Positions 27,566-36,500 of a DNA stretch of 64,000 bases are shown here, in pieces. This DNA is from a virus. The DNA is taken from IMG/VR virus record IMGVR_UViG_3300031720_000002, positions 2,667 to 66,666 of that record; one strand, written 5' to 3'. Position 1 is the first letter of the stretch. Every line of letters starts with the position of its first letter. The notes below the pieces were generated by a model. That model was not told where the DNA came from, ran no database searches, and saw nothing but the letters and a program-made list of their open reading frames with translations. The translations under genes were made by a program, and so were the position numbers.

Positions 27566-28240
27566 TTACGCGAGCGTCACCGCACCGGCCGTGATAGCCG
27601 GAGGTGCCGTCGTCGTGATGTTGAAGAGACCGTGTGTACCCTGTGGCACAGTGACGCCCGCAGGAAGCCACGTACTCGCGCCTGGGCCATCACCCCATAG
27701 GTAGCCAGCGCCGTCGGTCTCATTGCTGATGACCCAGTCGAAGACGTCGTTCTCGAAGGTCCAGTCGTTCAGCTTGCCGTTCGTGACGTTCGGGAACGCC
27801 CAGTACACGTAGTACTGATTCCCACTCGCGTCACATCCGCCAGCGCCGGCGACGGGCTGCCAGAGCTCGAGCGAGTAGCGAGCGTCGAGGTTGCGATTGT
27901 CGAACATCAGACCCGTGCCAGTGACGGGACCGGCGCCGGTGAAGATCTCCGTGTAGCCGGTCTGCATCTGAATGAGATCCGGCGAGATCGTGCAGAAGTG
28001 ACCTTCGATGCCGATCCGCTTGAGGAACGACGGGTCCTTCTGGTTCACACACGCTGAACCATCGGCGAGCTTGGCCAGGAACTCCTGACCCTCTTCGTAG
28101 TCGGGGGAGAGCTGAACCTGCGTGAAGCCCTTGCCCACCCACATGGCAGACGAGGCACCGGTGACCGGGTTGCCACACACGTCCAACTTGACTGCCCGGA
28201 TGACCCTCGCCTTGATTGGCGAGATCTGGCGATCAGCCAT
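27566..28240 (-). CDS. Major tail protein
   Basis: LDVCGNP, YEEGQEF...ADGSAC, YSLELW, YVYWAFP. Confidence 0.75.
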   Translation of the reverse strand: MADRQISPIKARVIRAVKLDVCGNPVTGASSAMWVGKGFTQVQLSPDYEEGQEFLAKLADGSACVNQKDPSFLKRIGIEGHFCTISPDLIQMQTGYTEIFTGAGPVTGTGLMFDNRNLDARYSLELWQPVAGAGGCDASGNQYYVYWAFPNVTNGKLNDWTFENDVFDWVISNETDGAGYLWGDGPGASTWLPAGVTVPQGTHGLFNITTTAPPAITAGAVTLA

Positions 28241-28252
28241 CGTTCCTCACTA

Positions 28253-29143
28253 TCACACGTTGATCTGGGCAGCGAAGTGGCAGCAGTCCCACCCGAGTAC
28301 GTACGTCCGGTAGGCCCTCGCCTTCATGGTATTCACACTACGATCGAGTGACTGAACCTCGTTCGCGACTTCCTTGACGGGACCTCGGTACATGAAGAGC
28401 TGGCCCGTGGCATACATCCACGTCGTACCGGCCGTCGGTGCGGCACCACTGGGCGACGAGCCCGTGTAGCCTGCGCCAGCGACGATCTGGTTCCCGTTCT
28501 GCGTGTACAGCTTACCGCCACGTTCACGCAGCATGTTGAGGTTAGCCAGTGCCGGGATCGCCGACTCCGGCACGTGAAGCGTACCCTGCCCGTCGTAGCA
28601 GGCGGAAAGCGCCCCCTCGAGCGCACCGATCGCTGCGACTGGACTGAGAGAGCCGCCAGACACCACAATGGCGCCAGTCTGCAGGGTAACCTGCAGACCA
28701 TTCGTCACCACGCTCTGGGTGACTGGGGTGGCCGCAGCGAGGTGCGGATACACCATGTTGTCCAGACCGGCCGCTTGACCCGTCCAGAACGCTCGCTCCA
28801 CCTGATACTGCTCAGTGGTCTGGAGCATGTTCCGGGCGTCTTCAAACGCCTGGTCCCAGTGTGTACCCACAGGCGCGCAGTCGATCTCGGAGAACACCGT
28901 GAACGGCAGGGCCGCACGGAACGATCGCGCTGCGGTGGGGTACATCTGGGGCGCGGGACCACCCGTCACGCAGTAGTCGAAGGTCGTACCAGCCCCTCCA
29001 CAGAGAGGCTGATACTCCACGCCACCGAGGATGTGCGGATCGTCGACAGGTCGTTCCTGAACCGCAGTGAAGATGCCGTATGGCATCGGCTGCCGGTTCG
29101 GTGGCTCGACGAGCATACGAAGTTGCCGAACAGAGACTGGCAT
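28253..29143 (-). CDS. Second capsid protein (pentamer-type by analogy with cluster B mycobacteriophages)
   Basis: GGVEYQPLC, PFTVF, VERAFW, ALEGAL, AGAGY, MYATG, NTMKARAYRTY; directly after the MCP. Confidence 0.65.
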   Translation of the reverse strand: MPVSVRQLRMLVEPPNRQPMPYGIFTAVQERPVDDPHILGGVEYQPLCGGAGTTFDYCVTGGPAPQMYPTAARSFRAALPFTVFSEIDCAPVGTHWDQAFEDARNMLQTTEQYQVERAFWTGQAAGLDNMVYPHLAAATPVTQSVVTNGLQVTLQTGAIVVSGGSLSPVAAIGALEGALSACYDGQGTLHVPESAIPALANLNMLRERGGKLYTQNGNQIVAGAGYTGSSPSGAAPTAGTTWMYATGQLFMYRGPVKEVANEVQSLDRSVNTMKARAYRTYVLGWDCCHFAAQINV

Positions 29144-29191
29144 CGCTTACCTCCTCGTATGCTCGTCAATCACCCAGTAGGAACATCAGGA

Positions 29192-30880
29192 TCAGACGTC
29201 GCAGGCGGTGAGGTCGCTCGCGCCGACCGTACCGTCCGGGCAGATGTTGATCGTACCCTTGCGCGACTCGTGACCGATCTGCGCGATCAGCCAGCACTCC
29301 TCCATCCACTCGGCCGTGTGGTCGTTGGTGGAGTTGAGGACAGAGTCACGGATGATGCCCAGATCCAGGCGCAGGCCGTTGCCCATCACCCAGGTGCCCG
29401 GCGCGTACATCATGAAGTCGACCGTGGACGGCCAGGCCTTCGCCCAGGCCGCGCCGCCGAGACCGAACGTACCGGTCTGCCGAGTCTGCCAGTCGCCGAC
29501 CCACTGGACACGGATGCCGATCGCGTCGAACAGGGCCATGAGGGCCGCGTCAGTCAGCGAGAGCATCGACGTGTTCTCACGGGTGCGCTTGCGCAAGTCA
29601 GACCGCATCACGGCGCGGAGCCAGCGAGGCAGAACGACCTCGAGGATGGCACCATCAGCCATCGCGTACTTCTCGCGGTAGTCGATCGCGGAGAGCTCGA
29701 GTGCGCCCAGGACCGGAGCCACCACGCCAGAGCCGGCGGAACCGAAGGTGCCGGTGACTGCGGTGGAGTTGGTCACGAGCTGCAGGATGCGCTTCGCGTT
29801 CATCTTGTGCGCGTGAGCGGCGAAGAGCAGGCGAGTGTGGTTCGCGATCAGTTCAGGGTAAGCATCCTCAGTGAGGTTACCCACAGTGAGACACAGACCG
29901 TCACAGCCGAGGCGAGCCTCATTGAACGACGGGCAGGGAACGCGAGCGCAGGTCTTCGTGCCGGACTGCGCGGTGCCGGTGACGGCCGCGATGTCCTGCG
30001 TCTCGGACCAGGACCACATCGCAGCGTTGCCGACGAGGTCACCGAACGATGGGGAGGTCGGCCAGCGCATACCGCCGCGGTTGATGCCGACGGTCGGGAT
30101 GTCGAGGATGCCGTCCACCGCGACGATGTTGTAGAAGTCGTAGGAGATCTCGCTGGGCGAGCACCAGCCGCCGGCGGCGACCAGAGAGTCGACGTCAGTC
30201 GCGGCCTTGAGGACCTCGTTGACCTGATCCGGCGACGCGTTCGGGTCCAGCGTGTACCGGAAGTCGCGCTTGAGTGACGCGATCGGGTACCGCGTGGTGT
30301 CGTCACCGCGGGCGAGGATCGGAAGAGCGCGAGAGCGCGACTGCATCGCCGCGACCAGCGACTCCATGCCATCGAGCTGCGAGCCGACGGCGAACTCGGG
30401 GATGTCCGCGGAAGCGACGAGAACGGACTCACGCCGCTGACCGACGACACGACCCGTCGCAGCCTCAGGCTGGCGAAGAGCGACCTCAGAGAGTGGCACG
30501 TTGAGACCGCGAGTGCCCTTCTCGCGCGGATTGGTCCGCGCACCGCCGACGCCTGCGCCAGCCGTGACGGCTTCCTTGTCAGCGTCGTCGGACTTCTCGT
30601 CCTTCTTCGCGAGCGTGGCAGTCGAGTCGATGAAGTCATCCATCGATGCGAGCTCCGCAGCCTGCTTGGCAGCCGCGGCAGCGCGAGTCTCGATGGTCTT
30701 CTTCACCGTCTTGATGCCGGCGGAGAGCGTACGAAGCGTCGACATGGACGCCTCGGTGATCTCGCCACCACGAACTTCGGTGTACTCCGCGAGCGCGTCA
30801 TCGTGTAGCTTCGAAAGCGCCGCGTCGTCCAGAGAGGTCACATCCTCCGGGAAGGACACTCCCTGCTGCTTATCGGGCAT
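29192..30880 (-). CDS. Major capsid (hexamer) protein with N-terminal coiled-coil extension
   Basis: LVAAGGWCSPSEISYD, LDIPTVGINRGG, AYPELI, LDLGIIRDSVLN. Confidence 0.88.
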   Translation of the reverse strand: MPDKQQGVSFPEDVTSLDDAALSKLHDDALAEYTEVRGGEITEASMSTLRTLSAGIKTVKKTIETRAAAAAKQAAELASMDDFIDSTATLAKKDEKSDDADKEAVTAGAGVGGARTNPREKGTRGLNVPLSEVALRQPEAATGRVVGQRRESVLVASADIPEFAVGSQLDGMESLVAAMQSRSRALPILARGDDTTRYPIASLKRDFRYTLDPNASPDQVNEVLKAATDVDSLVAAGGWCSPSEISYDFYNIVAVDGILDIPTVGINRGGMRWPTSPSFGDLVGNAAMWSWSETQDIAAVTGTAQSGTKTCARVPCPSFNEARLGCDGLCLTVGNLTEDAYPELIANHTRLLFAAHAHKMNAKRILQLVTNSTAVTGTFGSAGSGVVAPVLGALELSAIDYREKYAMADGAILEVVLPRWLRAVMRSDLRKRTRENTSMLSLTDAALMALFDAIGIRVQWVGDWQTRQTGTFGLGGAAWAKAWPSTVDFMMYAPGTWVMGNGLRLDLGIIRDSVLNSTNDHTAEWMEECWLIAQIGHESRKGTINICPDGTVGASDLTACDV

Positions 30881-30967
30881 TTAGACCTCACTGTGTACGA
30901 GCGGGATGCTACCCAGATAGTATTTCGATCTCCGCTAGATGAGCAAACTGTGTGAATCCGTCCAGTG

Positions 30968-31135
30968 TTATCGGAGAGCAGACGCACCCGAGTTTGCGTT
31001 CCCGATGGCCGACTGGGCCGACGCAACCATCGCCTCAGCCTCCGTCTGCACCTGCTGACGAGCCGCCTCGAGGAGAGCGTTCACCTCAGTCGTCGTCATC
31101 GTCTGGATGTTCGAGTTCTGACCACACGCGCACAT
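30968..31135 (-). CDS. Small head-module protein (MCACG...)
   Basis: AGGAGGT RBS; 55-aa ORF below the ORF-track cutoff, between protease and MCP. Confidence 0.6.
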   Translation of the reverse strand: MCACGQNSNIQTMTTTEVNALLEAARQQVQTEAEAMVASAQSAIGNANSGASALR

Positions 31136-31145
31136 TGCGCACCTC

Positions 31146-33554
31146 CTAGAACTTGTCGAGATCCGCGAGCTCTGACTCGAGCGTCGCGTACTTCAGCTTG
31201 GGCTTCTTCGTCGCTGCAGAGATGCCGCACGCCATGTCGAGCGCAGCGAGTTCATCGTCCAGACTCATCGTCGTCCGGTCCACGACACCAGCCGCGACGA
31301 GCGAGACCTGCTTACCCTGCGCCAGTGCCGTGCCCACGCGCGGGATCGGGAAGCCCGGAACATTCACGGCTAGAAGTGCAACCATCCGAAGATTGCCACT
31401 AATGCGACGCCAGTCACCAGACAAAGCAGAAGCACGGAGAGCATGCATGTGCTCACTGGAAGTGCCGGGCCGTACGGCGCCCGCAATCCAAATGCCATGC
31501 TCGTCAGTTCCAGCCGTGACATCCGCGACTGCCGTGCCAGTGTCGCCGTAGTGATCGATCGCCCGGGCGAGAGTGACGCCACGAGTTGGCGCGTGCGACG
31601 TGCCGAGCGTGATCTGACCGACCGCGACACTGTGACCCTCCGCAGTGAGCACCTCGCCAGTCGTGAAGTACGAGTAGTCCGGCTCAGCAGGCGGCGTCAC
31701 GCAAGTGTCAGCGAACCCAGTGTGGCATGTTCCCCAACATGCAGCGTGGCCGAACACGCGGCCGTCCTCGGTGACGGTGACCGGTGTCGGGCCATACAGC
31801 TCAGGCTTGCCAAACCACTCGAGCGGAGCGGTAGCAGGGATAGCTGCGGCAACCATCGACTCTGTCTGGAGCGTGAACGCTGGTGCGATCTGGCCGGCAT
31901 CGGTGAAGTGTTGCGCCATGTGGTCGTATGCGTACTTCAGCTGCGTCGTCGTCAGTCCGAACGCGCGTCCCGAGTTGATCGAGCCGATGTGCTTCGCGCA
32001 GGCGACGAGCGATGCGCGGCCAGGCTGACCGTCCTCGTCGATCTCGTGGTGCAGGAAGCGGCACTGCTGACGAGAGACGACATCGTCGATGCCATCCACG
32101 TACGCGAATGCAGCAGCAGCGACGAGACCGTCCAGTTCACCTTCACCCAGTCGCAGCTCGTGCTCGATCGATTTCCACGGCGCATCAGTGACGGAAGCGA
32201 CGACAGCGGAACTCTCGCCCTTCTTCGTCAGCTTGATGGCAGCCTCAACCAACGCAGGGAACGCAACCAGCGTCGCACCACGGAGACGGCCCTTGTGGAA
32301 GATCGTCTTGGTCGGCTTCGCAAAGGGGTCGTTGTCCTCGCCCAACGCGAACTCAAGCTCGACGTCAGCGTCGGTCACCTGATCCGGGTCGACAGAGACA
32401 CCGCCCGCGAAGCCATCGCGGACCTGACGAAACGCACGGAGACCGTCCGGATCGTTGATGTTGAATCGACCCTTGCCCATGATGACTCGCGGGTTCTCAG
32501 GCGAGCGCCACATCTTATCGATGCGACCAGCAGTCACGCTGCCCTTGTGCTCGCCGAGGTTCGACTGCGCCCACTGGAACGGGTGGATGATCGATTCCGT
32601 GTCCTCCCAGGTGAGTGACCCGCCCGAGAACATCCGCTGATCGCCAGTGTCCGTGTCCTCGACGACGAGTGGCCCTTCCCAGCCGCCATCGTACTCGCCG
32701 AGCTCGGCTTCGAGATCCACAGCCGCGTCAGCCGTCACGACATCCACCTCCAGATTCTTCTTGTCGCTGCTGCTTTCCTTGCCACCGGCGGCGACATACG
32801 CAACAGTGTCAGTACTCGCAGTGCCATCATACAACGGAAAGTCAGTCACCTCCCCGCCGAAGGCAACACGCACATGGTCGAAGCGGATGGGACCTTCACG
32901 GTCCTTCAGCTTCTTCACCGTGCCTGAGTCTGACGTGTAGGCGAGCGTAATGTGCGGAATCCACGGCTCGTACTGTGGCGGGTAGTAGTCGCCCAAGTAG
33001 TCACTCGCAATGTTGTCCGCCATCATGTGCGGCTTCTTGAGTTCGTCACCCGAAACGAGAAGGACGACGCACGGCTCCTTCTCTTGGTCTTGGTTGAATG
33101 CTGCCACGCCGAAGCCATCTGCATCAATGATGGGAACGTTCCTCGACATATGACGCACAGACTCGATGATGTCGTTCCGCATCATGGGCGTGATCTTCGC
33201 TGCCTCGCCCAAGTAGCAAAGCGTGAGGTGAAGATCCTCGTCGTCCTCACCACCATCGACGACAAGACGGTTCATGTCGTCCTCACTGGGCAGCAAGGCG
33301 ATCATCGCGCCCGTCTGCTCATCAGCTTCCTCAGCCGCTTCAGACGCAGCGTCCGCAGTGAGGCCGAGTGCAGTGTAATCCCCATTGAGAACACTCTCAA
33401 CCTCAGCGTCGGTAAGTTCACGAGAACCAGACGTGTCTGGTGCCTCGTAGTCACCCTGTTCGTACTGAGCGAATGTGACACCCTGATCCGCCAAGCCAAC
33501 GGGCACGAAAGCCATGTCTGAGCCATTCGCCCAGGGAGGAGTCCATTTTGCCAT
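31146..33554 (-). CDS. 2H phosphoesterase (Acb1/2'-5' RNA ligase-like) fused to capsid maturation protease
   Basis: HLTLCYLG and PHITLAY 2H motifs; GGVSVD...LRGATLVAFPA protease-like; GRVFGHAACW...SGDWR...VNVPGFP C-terminal domain. Confidence 0.8.
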   Translation of the reverse strand: MAKWTPPWANGSDMAFVPVGLADQGVTFAQYEQGDYEAPDTSGSRELTDAEVESVLNGDYTALGLTADAASEAAEEADEQTGAMIALLPSEDDMNRLVVDGGEDDEDLHLTLCYLGEAAKITPMMRNDIIESVRHMSRNVPIIDADGFGVAAFNQDQEKEPCVVLLVSGDELKKPHMMADNIASDYLGDYYPPQYEPWIPHITLAYTSDSGTVKKLKDREGPIRFDHVRVAFGGEVTDFPLYDGTASTDTVAYVAAGGKESSSDKKNLEVDVVTADAAVDLEAELGEYDGGWEGPLVVEDTDTGDQRMFSGGSLTWEDTESIIHPFQWAQSNLGEHKGSVTAGRIDKMWRSPENPRVIMGKGRFNINDPDGLRAFRQVRDGFAGGVSVDPDQVTDADVELEFALGEDNDPFAKPTKTIFHKGRLRGATLVAFPALVEAAIKLTKKGESSAVVASVTDAPWKSIEHELRLGEGELDGLVAAAAFAYVDGIDDVVSRQQCRFLHHEIDEDGQPGRASLVACAKHIGSINSGRAFGLTTTQLKYAYDHMAQHFTDAGQIAPAFTLQTESMVAAAIPATAPLEWFGKPELYGPTPVTVTEDGRVFGHAACWGTCHTGFADTCVTPPAEPDYSYFTTGEVLTAEGHSVAVGQITLGTSHAPTRGVTLARAIDHYGDTGTAVADVTAGTDEHGIWIAGAVRPGTSSEHMHALRASALSGDWRRISGNLRMVALLAVNVPGFPIPRVGTALAQGKQVSLVAAGVVDRTTMSLDDELAALDMACGISAATKKPKLKYATLESELADLDKF

Positions 33555-33571
33555 CTTAAGTTACCTCCTAC

Positions 33572-36500
33572 TCAGGCAGACGTGTCCACGTCAATGGCGT
33601 TATCACTGGGTGGAATCACACGGAGTCGCACAGTGACCTTCGTATTGAAGTGTTGACTGTTATCGGGAGCCTTGTTTCCCTCGATGATCTCAACGACACG
33701 ATAGTTGAGGTTAGCACCGAGGAGCATCTCCTCCTCAGAGGGATGCTGTGAGAACGTATCGACGAACGCCATTGGCGTGCCCGGTGGACACTCGATGACA
33801 AAGTTAATTTGACCACTAAACGCACTCTTACCACCGATGCTGGCAGAGAAGAACGCAGCCTGGTGGAAGTCTTCACCGAGGTGACTTTTGACTTCCTCCA
33901 CACTGCTCCATCCCGGGAACCACCCATTACCACGGTGAAGGACGATTGGCTCGAGGCTAAGCTTCATACCCTTCTGCGCGTTCATGACGTCCTTGTGGAT
34001 CTGCGCACTCGCACCACTGTAGCCACGCAAGTAGTCGTTCATCGGGTCATAACTACTACCCGTATACTTACGCAACGCAGTTTTCTGCGTCTCGTTCATC
34101 GGACCCTGTTGCGCGTTCCAATTCGCCGTCATCTGCTTGGCCTTAGCCTCAGTGATGACGGGGAAGTCCTTGCTATTCGACTTCGTCCAGTCGTAGCCCT
34201 TACTCGGGTCGAAGTCCTCAACCTGCTGAAGTGGCGGGCCGACCTTCTCGTCGATCGGCGTATTCGAAGGATGCGCGTACGACGTCCCATACCCACTAGA
34301 GCCGTACGACGAAGACGAGGACGTTGACGCTGGTGACCACGTACCGGCCTTGATCTCCGCAGCCTTCTTCTTGCCGCTTGGAGTGTTGAGCCAGTCAGTG
34401 ACTTTCTGCATGAACTTATGCTCGTCAGCGACGCCGAACTTCTTCGCGCCTTCAGCATCCACATTCGTCAGGATCGCGCCTGGCGTCATGTGAGCGTTAG
34501 CTTTTGACTGCTGCACTGCGTTCCAGTAAATGTCCTCAGGCTTATCCGTGAGGTACTTACCGTACGACGCACCCTTGAACGAGTTGTACAGCGACGTGTG
34601 ATTCGCTAGCGCATCAACCGATGGATCGCCCAGTGCTTCCTCGGGAGTGATGCTTGGACCAGCCGTCGTCGACGAAACCTTCTTCGCGGCCTTCTTCGCG
34701 GCCTTCTTCGTCACTGAGTATGCAGAGAACGGCGGTGCGACCTTCTTCGCGCCGGTCTTCTTCGCCAAACTCGGCGTGAGTGTGGGAATCGCCGGGTTGA
34801 GCTCCTTGAACGCCTTCTGCCCGTTGGGAGTCTTCAGCCACTCCTTGACCTTGTCAGAGTAGGCATTCACCTTGCCGGTCTTGGCCTGCTCCACCATGTC
34901 GAGCGCCTTGAGCAGCTCAGCATCAGACATGCCAGCGATCTTAGGATCGCCGCCCATCTTTGCCTTCGCTGCGTGCATGCTGTGATAGATCTTACTCGCA
35001 GACCAGGCGGGCGAGACTTTCTCTGCCTTGAAGTGGTGGTAGAACTGCGACTTCTGAAGATACGACAGATCCATCGCAGTGGGAGGCGGAGCAACTGACG
35101 CAGGGTACAGCTCCTTCATCGTCTCGAGCAGGTCGTCAACCTGCGCCTTCGAGATGATGCCAGCGTTGTACTTCTCGATCATCTGCTTATACTGCGCGTT
35201 CCCGACGTCGTTGAGCTCGGGATGCGCATCGGGCAGAGGTGCAGGCGACTTCACGACCTTCATGAAGTGCGCGTGCGCATTGTCACTGAGGTCAGACAGG
35301 TACATGTCAAGAACGTCTTGCTCATCAACACTCAGTGAGTGCCACTTCTCGGGAGTGAGGTTCATGATGGCGTCCGCGATCGCTGCGGGCGTGAAGCCAT
35401 CACCCTCACTATCAGCGAAGATGAGATCGTCGACAGTCACCTTCGTGTTGATGACCGGCCCAAGGTCAGGCGTGACGTCAGTCATCTCGTGCACGACGAG
35501 AGGCTTATTCGCGCTGATGACCATCTTCGGGACAAGAAGATCGCCGTTGTTTGTGGACTTAACCAACGAAGTGTGCTCGGCGTCGGAGATCACACCGGCG
35601 TTCAGCAACATCTTAAGACTCTGAAGGATCTTCGTGGGAGTCTCAGTCGACAACTTCGAGGGATCGAGGACAGAGGGTGAGGCGAGATCAGCGGTGTCTG
35701 GTCCGTTCTTCACAAGCTGAAGTTGCTGATACGCTTCCTTTTGCGTCATCATACCCTTGGTGTACTGCTCCCACAGGGTGTTGACCTCACCCATCTTGCC
35801 TGGACCATACTGGCCAATGTCCCACATACTGTCATACTGAGACTGTGTCGGTTCGTTGATCGGCCCGGCGAGGGACGGACCAGGCTCCTTCTTCCACGAC
35901 GCAGACGCTGGGACGTTCTGGCCAACGGCTGCTTTGCCCTCATCCCACGTACCATCGGGGTTCTTCTTGTGAAGCTGAACGACACCTACACCAGCGAAGT
36001 CCTTCTTAGAGAGCTTGTACTTCCCATTGGGCGAGTAGAGATCCTCACCCGTCTTAAGCACGTGCTGAAGAGCATCCTCGGTCTGCAGTGGAAAGTTACT
36101 GTCACCACTCGTGTCCGGGAGATCAGGCAGCGATGGCACATCGATGGGCTCGTTCTTCTTCCACTTCAAGCCCTTCGGCATGTCCTCGTCGGTGAAGAGT
36201 GTCTCTGGCTTATACCATCCACCGTGAGGGGCCTTCGACCACACCGTGACGTTGCCACTCGACTTGCCCTTGGTCAGAAGGTACTTCCCGTTTGTGGAGT
36301 ACATCTTCTCGCCATTGGCCTTGACGAGGTTGTACGCGCCCTTACTGCCCTGTGTGTCAAGCAACCCCACGGGCGCACTTGGCGCATTCGTCGTAGGAAC
36401 ACTCGGTGCGACAGCGCTCCACGTAATACCAACGCCTTCTTGCGTCTTAATTGACGCCTTAAGATCGTCAGCATTAAAGTGCTTATTAGTTTCGTCCCAA

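Noticed and set aside
28574-30277. 567-aa plus-strand ORF and similar long antisense ORFs (e.g. 9293-10435, 31443-32618, 38932-40071)
   Set aside because: Shadow frames of high-GC3 genes on the opposite strand, with no motifs or RBS
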